Assembly (NCBI GenBank): GCA_018715045.1
Contig: DVMH01000022.1
Span: forward strand, 10,291-74,290
Direction: 5' to 3'
DNA from: Candidatus Avidehalobacter gallistercoris
GTDB lineage: Bacteria; Bacillota; Dehalobacteriia; UBA4068; UBA4997
Length of the DNA: 64,000 nucleotides
The notes beneath the pieces were generated by a model. It ran no database searches. It had not been told where the DNA came from and saw only the letters and a list, made by a program, of their open reading frames with translations. The position numbers were made by a program, and so were the translations under genes. Shown one piece after another: positions 8,187-17,550 of this stretch (position 1 is its first letter; each line of letters opens with the position of its first letter).

Positions 8187-9871
8187 ATTGGTTGGAGGAA
8201 ACGCGGCAGGAGCTGCGCAAGGATTTGACGCAGGCGGCGGAAGCGGCGAGAGCAGCGGGGGAGATATCCTTTGAGACAGTGCCGGATTTTGTGATCGAAC
8301 GCCCGCGTGAAAAGGCGCACGGCGATTTCGCAGCTAACATGGCAATGCTTATGTCACGGCAGGCGAAAATGCCGCCTCGAAAAATTGCTGAAGCCATTTT
8401 GGCACACTTATATAAGGAAGAAACGCCCCTGTGGGTTGAGAACGTTGAGATTGCAGGAGCCGGATTCATTAACTTTCGCATGCAGGCGCACTGGCTGACT
8501 GACGGCCTGGCGGATGCGGTCGGGCAGGGTAAAAGCTTTGGCGAAAGCAATGCCGGCGGCGGCCAAAAGGTGAATGTTGAGTTTGTTTCGGCTAACCCTA
8601 CTGGTGAACTGCACCTGGGCAACGCGCGCGGCGCGGCTATTGGCGACAGCCTGGCGAATATCATGCAGGCGGCTGGCTATGACGTAACGCGGGAGTATTA
8701 TATCAACGACGCGGGCAAGCAAATTGAAAACTTCGGTCTCTCTTTGGAGGCGCGATATTTGCAGCAGTTTGAACAGAACGTACCTTTCCCGGAGGATGGC
8801 TATCACGGCGAGGATATTATCACCACTGTCAAGGAATATATTGCGGCGGAAGGTGATAAACTGCTGGAGACTCAGCCGGCGGAACGACAGGCGGAGCTGA
8901 TCCGCTATGCGCTGGCCAGAAAGATCGGCGCGATCAGAGAGGCATTGGCGCATTACGGCGTGGAATATGATGTGTGGTTCAGCGAGCAGACTTTGCATGA
9001 CGGCGGCGAGGTGCTGGGCGCGGTACAGAAGCTCAAAGAAGAGGGTGCGGTCATCGAGCAGGACGGCGCGCTTTGGTTTGCGGCGGACAAATTCGGCTGC
9101 GAAAAGCCGGAGGTGCTGGTGCGCGCCAATGGTATACCCACTTATTACGCGGCGGATATTGCATATCATAAAAACAAATATGAGCGAGGGTTTACCCGTC
9201 TGATTAACATCTGGGGGGCGGATCACCATGGTCATGTAGCGCGGCTTAAGGCGGCGCTTTCGGCGCTGGGCTATCCGGCGGATGAGCTGGAAATTATTTT
9301 AATGCAGCTGGTGCGTCTGTTCTCCGGCGGGGAGATTATGCGTATGTCGAAGCGGGCGGGTACTTATGTGACGCTGGAGGAGCTGCTTGCCGAGGTGGGC
9401 AAAGACGCGGCGCGTTTCTTCTTCGTCATGCGTTCGGCGGACAGCCAGATGGATTTTGACCTTGATTTGGCCAAGAGCCAGTCGATGGACAACCCGGTTT
9501 ATTATGTGCAGTATGCCCATGCTCGTATCAACAGTATTATCAATCAGGCGGCGGAACAGGGTATTCAGCTGGCCGCCTTGGAGAACGTTAACTTCGGCCT
9601 GTTGACGGATGAAACAGAGCGTGATCTGCTGCGGCGGCTACTGGAGCTGCCGGATGAAATTGCTCAGGCAGCGGTACAGGAAGCTCCTCACCGTATTGCG
9701 GCATATGTGATGGAGCTTTCCGCTCTGTTTCACAGTTTTTACGGCGCCTGCCGTGTGCTGGGTGTGGAGCAGGATTTGCAGGCGGCGCGCCTATGGCTCT
9801 GCCGGGTGACGGCAGACGCGGTGGCAAAATGTCTGGGTCTGCTGGGCGTTTCCGCTCCACAGAAAATGTGA
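8183..9871 (+). CDS. argS: Arginine--tRNA ligase
   Basis: Class-I HIGH motif context (PTGELHLGNARGAAIGDSLANI), 562 aa, C-terminal anticodon-binding domain. Confidence 0.95.
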   Translation: MNWLEETRQELRKDLTQAAEAARAAGEISFETVPDFVIERPREKAHGDFAANMAMLMSRQAKMPPRKIAEAILAHLYKEETPLWVENVEIAGAGFINFRMQAHWLTDGLADAVGQGKSFGESNAGGGQKVNVEFVSANPTGELHLGNARGAAIGDSLANIMQAAGYDVTREYYINDAGKQIENFGLSLEARYLQQFEQNVPFPEDGYHGEDIITTVKEYIAAEGDKLLETQPAERQAELIRYALARKIGAIREALAHYGVEYDVWFSEQTLHDGGEVLGAVQKLKEEGAVIEQDGALWFAADKFGCEKPEVLVRANGIPTYYAADIAYHKNKYERGFTRLINIWGADHHGHVARLKAALSALGYPADELEIILMQLVRLFSGGEIMRMSKRAGTYVTLEELLAEVGKDAARFFFVMRSADSQMDFDLDLAKSQSMDNPVYYVQYAHARINSIINQAAEQGIQLAALENVNFGLLTDETERDLLRRLLELPDEIAQAAVQEAPHRIAAYVMELSALFHSFYGACRVLGVEQDLQAARLWLCRVTADAVAKCLGLLGVSAPQKM

Positions 9872-9917
9872 AGCTTAAAACGGGAATTACAGTAAGGTAG
9901 ATTTTGAGGACAAAGCG

Positions 9918-11486
9918 ATGACAAAATATATCTTTTTTACCGGCGGGGTGGTTTCCTCGCTGGGTAAGGGGCTGACTGCGGCGTCGCTCGGCAAATTGCT
10001 AAAAGGGCGTGGCCTTAAGGTGGGCGTGCTGCGGCTGGACACTTATTTTAACACCGACAACGGACTGATGAACCCGTATCAGCACGGTGAAGTTTTCGTT
10101 ACCAACGACGGCATGGAGACGGATTTGGCGCTGGGACATTACGAGCGCTTTATGAATGTAAGCCTTTCAGGGCGCGCCTGCTCAACACTGGGACGCATTT
10201 ACCGTCATATTCTTGACCGTGAACGGGCGGGCGATTTTGGTGGCAACACTGTGCAGGTCATCCCCCATGTTACCAATGAGATTAAACGCACCATAACCAA
10301 CGATTTGGCCGATTGGGCTTTTGATGTGATTATTGTGGAGATCGGCGGCGTGGTGGGCGATATTGAATCTCTGGCTTTTCTGGAGACGATTCGTCAGATG
10401 CGGCGCGATCTGGGGCGTGAAAATACTCTGTTCGTTCATGTGGCGCTGGTGCCGTATCTGCATGTGGCGGGCGAAGCAAAAACCAAACCGGTGCAGCACA
10501 GCGTGAAGACGCTCAGAAGCCTCGGCATCCAGCCGGATGTTATCGTCTGCCGCACCGAGGTGGAGTTGGAACAGAGCGCTGTTGATAAAATTTCGCTTTT
10601 CTGCGATATTGATAAACAGGCGGTTATCCAGCAGCTTTATACGGACAATGTGTATGAATTGCCGTTAAGCCTGCATCGGCAGGGTTTGGACAAAATTGTG
10701 GCTGAAAAGTTGGGTTTTGCTCCGGCTGACGCCGATATTCGCGGCTGGGAGGAATTTTATCAGCGCTCTTTGGCTAATAATAAGGTGGTGAAGCTGGCGT
10801 TGGTTGGTAAATACACAGCGCTGCCCGACGCCTATATCAGTTTGGTGGAGGCTTTGCACCACTGCGCCATAAATTTGGGGCTTTCGGCTGAGATAGAAAT
10901 GCTGGCTGCGCAGGATATTACAGCGGATAACGCGCAGGAAAAACTTTCCGGCTATGCGGGGATTGTAATACCGGATGGTTTTGGCACCCGCGGGGCGGAC
11001 GGTATGATCGCAGCCGCAGGCTATGCCCGGACTCATGATGTGCCGCTGCTGGCCCTCGGCATGGGGATGCACGCTGCCGTGGTGGAGTTTGCCCGGAATG
11101 TGGCTCATATTCCCGCCGCCATGCCGGAAAGCGGCCAGGCCGATGTGCTGTTTGACGCGCGGGGCAAGGCCAGACAAGGCGGCACGCTGGAAAGCGGTCT
11201 TGCCGGGGTGGCCTTAACCGCAGGCAGCCGGGCGGCGCAAATTTACGGCCAGCCGGAAATTTTAGAGCGTCACCGTCACCGCTACGTATTAAAAGAAGAT
11301 GTGGAAGCGGAACTGGCGGCAGCCGGGCTGAACCTTTCCGGACGTTCGGCGGAGGGAGGCTTTGTGGAAATTGTGGAGCTAACCAATCACAAGTGGTTTA
11401 TGGCCTGCCAGTATCACCCGGAATTTTTGTCACACCCGGAACGTCCGCACCCGCTGGTGACGGATTTCTTGCGGACACTGGCATAA
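9918..11486 (+). CDS. pyrG: CTP synthase homolog with atypical active-site residues (see finding)
   Basis: N-terminal P-loop GGVVSSLGKG, IGGVVGDIES and GEAKTKPVQHS match PyrG. The C-terminal class-I GATase domain is present, but the GxCxGxQ motif reads ALGMGMH and HRHRYE reads HRHRYV. Confidence 0.8.
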   Translation: MTKYIFFTGGVVSSLGKGLTAASLGKLLKGRGLKVGVLRLDTYFNTDNGLMNPYQHGEVFVTNDGMETDLALGHYERFMNVSLSGRACSTLGRIYRHILDRERAGDFGGNTVQVIPHVTNEIKRTITNDLADWAFDVIIVEIGGVVGDIESLAFLETIRQMRRDLGRENTLFVHVALVPYLHVAGEAKTKPVQHSVKTLRSLGIQPDVIVCRTEVELEQSAVDKISLFCDIDKQAVIQQLYTDNVYELPLSLHRQGLDKIVAEKLGFAPADADIRGWEEFYQRSLANNKVVKLALVGKYTALPDAYISLVEALHHCAINLGLSAEIEMLAAQDITADNAQEKLSGYAGIVIPDGFGTRGADGMIAAAGYARTHDVPLLALGMGMHAAVVEFARNVAHIPAAMPESGQADVLFDARGKARQGGTLESGLAGVALTAGSRAAQIYGQPEILERHRHRYVLKEDVEAELAAAGLNLSGRSAEGGFVEIVELTNHKWFMACQYHPEFLSHPERPHPLVTDFLRTLA

Positions 11487-11692
11487 GTTCAACCGTACGT
11501 TAGCTGCGTTGTTATAAGGTTTATAACGCGGAGAATAATATCTTCGCCTTTCAATGCCTGCTCCGGTGAGGTTTGGATAACGCTTTTCCCTATAATTTGG
11601 CAGTTCCCGGAGTCACAGAGTTTTATTGAAGTCCTGTCAGAAATACTGATTTTAGTTTAATTCTCAATTATTTTTTATAAGGAGAAATCGTT

Positions 11693-12805
11693 TTGAATAT
11701 CAACGGTGAGTATAGTTATAGATTGCTGGAAGATACTCCGGAAAATGTGCGCCTGTTTAACGATTTTGTGGCGGCTCACCCCAAGGGGCACGTGCTGCAA
11801 AGCTGGCAGTGGGGCGCGGTGAAGCAGCCGGCCTGGCAGCCGCTGCATCTGGTGCTGGAAAAGGACGGCAATGTTGTAGCGGCGGCGTTGATTTTGCAGC
11901 GTAAACTACCTGCAGGCCTCGGCAACATTTTCTATTCGCCGCGCGGCCCGGTGTTGGATATCGACGATACAGCGCTGTGGCGGGCCACAGTGGCCGCCGT
12001 GCGGGCTCTGGCCAGGGAACACGGGGCGATCTATTGGAAGATTGATCCCGATATTGATATTGATTTCCCGGCGGCAGCCACATGGCGGGAGCGCCTAAAA
12101 GAGAGTGGCTTCGTAACGGCGGGGCAAGGCGAGGGCTTCGAGGGAGTACAGCCGCGCTTTGTCTTCCGGCTGGATATCAAGCCGGAGGTTGACGAACTGC
12201 TGGCGGCCTGCCACCAGAAAACGCGTTATAATATCCGTCTGGCGGGGAAAAAGGGCGTTGAGATTGTGACGGCGGCGGGGCGTGAAGCGTTGCCAGAGTT
12301 TTACCGTATTTTGACGACGACGGCCAGCCGCGACCATTTCCTTATCAGGCCATACAGTTATTTTGAGCGTTTCTATGACAATCTGCACCCCGCCGGGCTT
12401 TGCGAGCTTTTCATGGCCTATTACGAGGGGGAGGCGATCGCGGGTACGCTGGCTTTTCGCATGGGCGACAAATCGTGGTACATCTACGGTGCAAGCGCCA
12501 ATTCGCACCGCAATCTGATGCCTAACTATGCAATTCAATGGACGATGATCGAGTGGGCAAAGGCGCAGGGTTGTACGATGTATGATTTTCGCGGAGTGCC
12601 AGGCCATGTGCCGGAGGATCACCCGCTTTATGGTCTGGTCAAATTTAAAAAGGGCTTTGGCGGCAAATACACCGAGTTTATTGGTGAATATGATCTGCCG
12701 TTTAAGCCTGGTAAATACTGGTTATACAACCTTTTGGAGCCGGTCTATCAGAAAAATGTGCGGCGCTTGATTAACCTGAAAAAGCGGCTTAAGGGCGGCA
12801 AATAG
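11693..12805 (+). CDS. FemAB-family peptidoglycan interpeptide-bridge aminoacyltransferase (FemX-like)
   Basis: 370 aa. N-terminal region resembles FemABX (HVLQSWQWGAVKQ...WQPLHLVLEKDG...) and the C-terminal part resembles a GNAT-like fold (FERFYDNLHPAGLCELFMAYYEGEAIAG). TTG start with AAGGAGA SD. Confidence 0.7.
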   Translation: MNINGEYSYRLLEDTPENVRLFNDFVAAHPKGHVLQSWQWGAVKQPAWQPLHLVLEKDGNVVAAALILQRKLPAGLGNIFYSPRGPVLDIDDTALWRATVAAVRALAREHGAIYWKIDPDIDIDFPAAATWRERLKESGFVTAGQGEGFEGVQPRFVFRLDIKPEVDELLAACHQKTRYNIRLAGKKGVEIVTAAGREALPEFYRILTTTASRDHFLIRPYSYFERFYDNLHPAGLCELFMAYYEGEAIAGTLAFRMGDKSWYIYGASANSHRNLMPNYAIQWTMIEWAKAQGCTMYDFRGVPGHVPEDHPLYGLVKFKKGFGGKYTEFIGEYDLPFKPGKYWLYNLLEPVYQKNVRRLINLKKRLKGGK

Positions 12806-12820
12806 CGGGGCGGTGAGGAT

Positions 12821-13984
12821 ATGAGTGTGGTGCCGGAGGGGCTCTCCCACTGGATCGAGGTTGATTTGGATAAGCTGGCAGCCAATTTTTCCGCTGTGCA
12901 GGATCTGGTGCAGACGCCGGTTATCGCGGTGGTGAAGAACGACGCCTACGGCTTTGGTGCGGTGGAATGTGCCAAAACGTTTGTTGCAGCTGGTGCGGCT
13001 ATGCTGGCGGTGACGACGCTTTCCGAGGCTTTGGAGCTGCGTGAGGCTGGCATTACCGCTCCGGTGTTGGTGTTTCTGCCGCCGCAGGCAGACGAGGCGG
13101 CCTATTTTGCGGAATATGGCTTGACGGCTACGCTGGACGGCATTGATACGTTACAAAGGCTGGCGGCAACTCCCGGACTGGCGTGTCATCTGAAGTTGAA
13201 CACCGGCATGAACCGCTTTGGTGCGAATATGTCTGAATTGCCGGAGCTGTTGCGGGCGTTGGCTGACTGTTCGAATGTACGCCTGACGGGTGTGTATTCG
13301 CATCTGGCAACGGCGCTGGAGCATGACGAGGCGTTTGCCAGACAGCAACTGGCGGAGTTTAGCAGGCAACGGGAGCTGATCATGCAGGCGGGTTTTAAAG
13401 GCGTGTGTTTTCATCTGGCCAACTCGGCTGGGGCGCTGAAGTTTCCGGCAGCGCGGTTTGATGCGGTGCGTTTGGGCTCGGTGTTATACGCCCAGTTGAA
13501 TCTGGCGCGGCAGTTTGGTGTTACTTTGGCCGAGCCGTTTTGTGCTAAGGCTAAGGTGGCGGCGGTGCGGGAGCTTGCTCCTGGCGATACCGTGGGCTAT
13601 GGACGCGAATTTGCCGCCAAACGTTCCATGCAGGTGGCGGTGGTGCCGTTTGGCTATGGCGACGGCTTTGGTGTGCAGGCGGGGGCTCGCCCCATTACCG
13701 TGAAAGACAGTGTGCAGACGCTTTCCCGCAATCTGGGCAAGCTGGCTCTTGGGCGGTATCACCGCTTTGTGTATTATCAGGATAAGACCTTGGAAGTGCT
13801 GGGGCGGGTGGCGATGCAGACGCTGCTTTGCGACTGCACAGGGCTTGATATCAAGGTGGGCGACGTGGTGAAGGTACCGCTTAGAAGAACGGCGGCGTCA
13901 GCGCGTATCCCGCGTGTCTATCTGCGCAGTGGGGCGGTTTGCGCGGTGCGTTCTCCGTTGGCAGCAGTTTTTCGCCGTGGTTAG
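12821..13984 (+). CDS. alr: Alanine racemase
   Basis: PLP-lysine motif AVVKNDAYGFG near the N-terminus, about 387 aa. Confidence 0.9.
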   Translation: MSVVPEGLSHWIEVDLDKLAANFSAVQDLVQTPVIAVVKNDAYGFGAVECAKTFVAAGAAMLAVTTLSEALELREAGITAPVLVFLPPQADEAAYFAEYGLTATLDGIDTLQRLAATPGLACHLKLNTGMNRFGANMSELPELLRALADCSNVRLTGVYSHLATALEHDEAFARQQLAEFSRQRELIMQAGFKGVCFHLANSAGALKFPAARFDAVRLGSVLYAQLNLARQFGVTLAEPFCAKAKVAAVRELAPGDTVGYGREFAAKRSMQVAVVPFGYGDGFGVQAGARPITVKDSVQTLSRNLGKLALGRYHRFVYYQDKTLEVLGRVAMQTLLCDCTGLDIKVGDVVKVPLRRTAASARIPRVYLRSGAVCAVRSPLAAVFRRG

Positions 13985-14058
13985 GCGTCTAAACTTGAAA
14001 TTTCGCCAAAAACCCAGTAAAAAAGCACTTGTTTCAGGGGGAAAAAAGCAAAAAAGGC

Positions 14059-14087
14059 TTGAAACTTCGTTTGCCTGGTGTTAGAAT
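14059..14087 (+). promoter_or_regulatory. Strong sigma-A promoter for hbs (-35 TTGAAA, 17-nt spacer, extended -10 TGtTAGAAT)
   Basis: Read directly from the sequence; sits about 75 nt upstream of the HU start. Confidence 0.45.
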
Positions 14088-14161
14088 ATATATGATTTTA
14101 CGTTTGTATGCTCGTAGCGCCAGAAGAAGCTGCGCAGAGCAATAATATTTAGGAGGATTTA

Positions 14162-14440
14162 ATGATGAACAAAACCGAATTGATTAATGCTATCGCGGCG
14201 GAAGCGGAAATCAGCAAAAAGGACGCCGGCAAGGCTCTGGAGGCCTTTGTAGACGTGGTAACTAATAGCTTGAAGAAAGATGACAAGGTTCAGCTGATCG
14301 GCTTTGGCACTTTTGAAGTGCGTGAGCGCGCTGCTCGCGAGGGTCATAATCCGCAGACCGGCAAGAAGATCACCATTGCAGCTGCCAAGGTGCCTGCGTT
14401 TAAGGCTGGCAAGGCTTTGAAAGACGCCGTGGCGAAATAA
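14162..14440 (+). CDS. hbs: DNA-binding protein HU
   Basis: 92 aa with the canonical HU sequence ([11 protein letters not shown]...[44 protein letters not shown]). Confidence 0.95.
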   Translation: MMNKTELINAIAAEAEISKKDAGKALEAFVDVVTNSLKKDDKVQLIGFGTFEVRERAAREGHNPQTGKKITIAAAKVPAFKAGKALKDAVAK

Positions 14441-14518
14441 GCAGGCAAAACTATTTCGGCTTTGGTAGAGGAGAGGCGGCAGCTTCTCCTCTTTTCTTCA
14501 TCTGTCAGGAGGAACGTT

Positions 14519-14794
14519 ATGCGATTGGATAAATTTTTAAAAGTTTCACGCCTGATTAAGCGCCGCACAGTGGCCAAGGATGTGAGCGGCGCAGGCAAAA
14601 TTCTGATCAATGGACGACCCGCCAAGGCGGCTAGTGATGTGAAAGCGGGGGATAAGCTGACACTGCTTTTCGGTCGTCGTGAAGTGGAACTGGAGGTTTT
14701 GGAGGTTGCCGAAACCAAGCGCGCTGACCAGGCGCAGGAGATGTATAAAATTCTGCGCGAGGAGAATATCGCCTCTGAGGATCAGAGCTTCTGA
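14519..14794 (+). CDS. yabO: S4-domain RNA-binding protein (YabO/Hsp15-like)
   Basis: MRLDKFLKVSRLIKRRTVAKD is an S4 domain. AGGAGGA SD lies 6 nt upstream of ATG 14519; the track ORF begins earlier at TTG. Confidence 0.8.
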   Translation: MRLDKFLKVSRLIKRRTVAKDVSGAGKILINGRPAKAASDVKAGDKLTLLFGRREVELEVLEVAETKRADQAQEMYKILREENIASEDQSF

Positions 14795-14874
14795 TCAGGG
14801 ATTGTGACAAGCATACGCCAAGCTGTCGCCGCATATAATGCAGCAAGCGCAATCTGAGAGGGGCGTATGCTAAT

Positions 14875-15159
14875 ATGAAGGCGGAAACAAATGGTAACGC
14901 CGGTGAGAACACCATACTGATCACCGACCGCAAGATGCTGGAGCTGCACGGTGTGCTGCGGGTGGAGGATTTTGATAACGAACAGGTCAATCTTGAGACA
15001 ACACAGGGCCGGCTGGTGGTGCGCGGGCGGAATCTGCATGTGGCGCAACTGCTGCTGGAAAGCGAAGAGCTTTCGCTTGAAGGCGAGATCGATAGCCTGA
15101 GTTTTGAAGAAACTCCTGGCAAAAAACGCAGCCGCCTGCTGGCTCGGCTGACCAAATAG
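14875..15159 (+). CDS. yabP: Sporulation protein YabP
   Basis: KMLELHGVLRVEDFDNEQVNLETTQGRLVVRGRNLHVAQLLLE matches the YabP family. Conserved position after yabO. Confidence 0.8.
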   Translation: MKAETNGNAGENTILITDRKMLELHGVLRVEDFDNEQVNLETTQGRLVVRGRNLHVAQLLLESEELSLEGEIDSLSFEETPGKKRSRLLARLTK

Positions 15160-15744
15160 ATGGACAGGGCGGAATTTCAGGCCGTGCAGCTGGTGTTGGC
15201 CTTTGTGCTGGGAGTGGGTCTCGGCATATTTTACGACGTTTACCGGGTGTGGTTCCGCAGAACGCAGGCTCGTGCGGTCAAGGGGCTGGGTGATATCATT
15301 TGGTGGCTGGCGGCGCTCGGGCTGGCTGCTTGGGCATTTTACCGCATAAACTCGCTATCGCTCAGGGCAGCGCCGCTGGCGCTGGCGCTTTTGGGGGTGG
15401 CGGTGCAACAGTGGTTGGTGAGCCCTTGGGCGTTTCCGTTGTTGCAACGTTTCTGTCATGCGGCGGAGCGATTTTTGGGCTGGGTGATGCAGCTTTTGCA
15501 GCGTGCGGTGGCGTTTATGCTACTGCCGCTGGTTTGGCCGGTGGAATTGGTCTTTCGCCTGCTGCTGGTGTTGATGCATCTGGTTCGCCGCCTGATGAAC
15601 TTGCTGGAACGGATTTTGCGGTGGCTGTTTGCGCCGCCTGTGCGCTTTTTGCGGCGGGTGGGCGGCGCAGTTAAGCGGCGGCTAAAGCGGCTTTTGGTTT
15701 CCACACCCGATGAACAGTCGGATGAGCTGGTGGAAGATACATAA
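15160..15744 (+). CDS. yabQ: Spore cortex biosynthesis membrane protein YabQ
   Basis: N-terminal TM helices and a variable basic C-terminal tail; position between yabP and divIC. Confidence 0.65.
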   Translation: MDRAEFQAVQLVLAFVLGVGLGIFYDVYRVWFRRTQARAVKGLGDIIWWLAALGLAAWAFYRINSLSLRAAPLALALLGVAVQQWLVSPWAFPLLQRFCHAAERFLGWVMQLLQRAVAFMLLPLVWPVELVFRLLLVLMHLVRRLMNLLERILRWLFAPPVRFLRRVGGAVKRRLKRLLVSTPDEQSDELVEDT

Positions 15745-15840
15745 AAATTTGCGATTACCTGTTGATTTTACCCCGGCGCTTGTTATATAATTAAAGATAA
15801 TTGAGCGTGTTAGTGTAATTTTTGGTGCAAGGGGACAGAT

Positions 15841-16176
15841 ATGAGCAAGAATAAACCGCGCCGCAGACTCAGGATCAGCACATTGGTGTTGCTTTGCTGT
15901 TTTGTGGTGGCTGCGTTTGCTTATGCCAACCAGTTTGTGAAGTTGCAGCAGCTACAGGAGAAGAAGGCGTATTATGCCGCTGTGTATGAGGACTTGCAGG
16001 AGCAGAACGCAGAGTTGCTGGAGACCCGGGCGCTTATCAACGACGAAACTTATATGGAGCGTTTGGCACGCCAACGCTTTAAATTGATCAAACCGAATGA
16101 ATATCTGGTGCTGCCGGCGGAGACTAATGAGGACGTTGAGGCATATGCCGGAGTGGACGATAACAACATACATTAA
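15841..16176 (+). CDS. divIC: Septum formation initiator (DivIC/FtsB family)
   Basis: Single N-terminal TM segment followed by a coiled coil (QQLQEKKAYYAAVYEDLQEQNAELLET). Confidence 0.75.
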   Translation: MSKNKPRRRLRISTLVLLCCFVVAAFAYANQFVKLQQLQEKKAYYAAVYEDLQEQNAELLETRALINDETYMERLARQRFKLIKPNEYLVLPAETNEDVEAYAGVDDNNIH

Positions 16177-16202
16177 GAGCGCTTGAGGAGGATTTGTAAC
16201 GC

Positions 16203-16556
16203 ATGACTATTGCTGAAGGCGATATCTGCACCGGCGTGGTGACGGGTATAACCAAGTTCGGCGCGTTCGTGAAGCTAGACGAGCAGACCACTGGTCTGGT
16301 ACATATTTCCGAGGTGGCGGATACTTACGTGAAAGAGGTCGCCGATTTTATCAGTGTGGGCGACGAGGTTAAGGTCAAAGTGTTATCGTTGAACGCTGAC
16401 GGTAAAATCGGCTTATCCATTAAAAAGGCCGTAACGCCGCCGCGTGACAATGCAGCTAAAAACGAGCGCTTTGAGAATAAACTGGCCGAGTTTATGAGGA
16501 ACAGCAACGAAAAATTGAGTCAGTTAAAAAAACATCAAGAAGGCCGCCGCCGTTAG
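16203..16556 (+). CDS. yabR: S1-domain RNA-binding protein YabR
   Basis: S1 domain (GDICTGVVTGITKFGAFVKL...GLVHISEVADTYV...DEVKVKVL). Confidence 0.85.
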   Translation: MTIAEGDICTGVVTGITKFGAFVKLDEQTTGLVHISEVADTYVKEVADFISVGDEVKVKVLSLNADGKIGLSIKKAVTPPRDNAAKNERFENKLAEFMRNSNEKLSQLKKHQEGRRR

Positions 16557-16627
16557 CTGTGGCTTACTGAAATCGAGGAAAGGCATCCGCCAGGTGCCTT
16601 TCCTTTTTGAATGAGAGGGGAGTTTTG

Positions 16628-17494
16628 ATGCGGGCAGCAATTGATATCGGCAGCAACACCGTGCGTCTATTGATCGGCGAGGTGCATGGTGGCAGGGTGC
16701 AGGTGAAGCATCAGCAGCTTTTCACTACACGGCTGGGTGAAACAGCGGTGGGGGGGAGGTTATCCCTCCGCGGGCGCTCCAAGACTATAGCGGCTCTAAA
16801 GGAATTTGCCGCTGTTATGCAGTCAGAGGGTGTGCGTGAGGCGCCGATCGTGGCGGCTACCAGTGCGGTGCGTGAGGCCGCCGACGGCGCGGATTTTCAG
16901 GCCGAGGTACAGCGTGAGCTGGGGTGGGATCTTCGCATTTTAAGCGGCGAGGAGGAAGCAGCCTGCTCTTATGCCGGAGCAGCCTCGGTTGGGCAGGGCG
17001 ACGCGGCGATTATCGATGTGGGAGGCGGCAGTACCGAGCTTATCTGCCGCCAGCCTGACGGCACGATCCGTGGCCGAAGTGTTAAGGTGGGTGCGGTGCG
17101 GCTATATCTGGGTGAGGTGCAGGAGGCCGATTTGCCGGTGATTCTCTCCGGTTTGCTGCCGGTTTTGCCAAGAAACGGCAAAGCAAGGCAGTTTATCAGC
17201 GTGGGCGGCACCATCACTCTGCTGGCGGCGCTTCTGGCCGGAATCACCGTATATAGCCGGGAGGCAGTTTCCGGGCGGGTGGTAACGCTGGCGGAACTGC
17301 AAAATTTGCAGGCGGAGCTGCTGCCGCTTTTGCCCGCTGAACGTTTGCAAAAATATCCAATGCTTTCCGGGCGGGAGGACGTTATCTGCGCCGGGATTAC
17401 GATATATTTGCAGCTGGCAGCATTGCTGCAAACCACTGAATTTGTAGCCAGCGACGCTGGACTGCTGGACGGCCTGTTATTGCAAAATCAGTAA
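16628..17494 (+). CDS. Ppx/GppA-family phosphatase (exopolyphosphatase-like, N-terminal domains)
   Basis: AAIDIGSNTVRLLIGEV is the Ppx/GppA actin-like fold start. GAGGGGAG SD precedes ATG 16628. Confidence 0.65.
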   Translation: MRAAIDIGSNTVRLLIGEVHGGRVQVKHQQLFTTRLGETAVGGRLSLRGRSKTIAALKEFAAVMQSEGVREAPIVAATSAVREAADGADFQAEVQRELGWDLRILSGEEEAACSYAGAASVGQGDAAIIDVGGGSTELICRQPDGTIRGRSVKVGAVRLYLGEVQEADLPVILSGLLPVLPRNGKARQFISVGGTITLLAALLAGITVYSREAVSGRVVTLAELQNLQAELLPLLPAERLQKYPMLSGREDVICAGITIYLQLAALLQTTEFVASDAGLLDGLLLQNQ

Positions 17495-17550
17495 AATTTC
17501 TACATGAAATTGCGCGAAAATTGTGTTAAAATAAAAGGAGAGCGAAAAAA

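Noticed and set aside
15300-15674. 124-aa Gly/Ala-rich ORF inside yabQ in another frame
   Set aside because: Alternate-frame artefact of GC-rich coding sequence; no start context or motifs.
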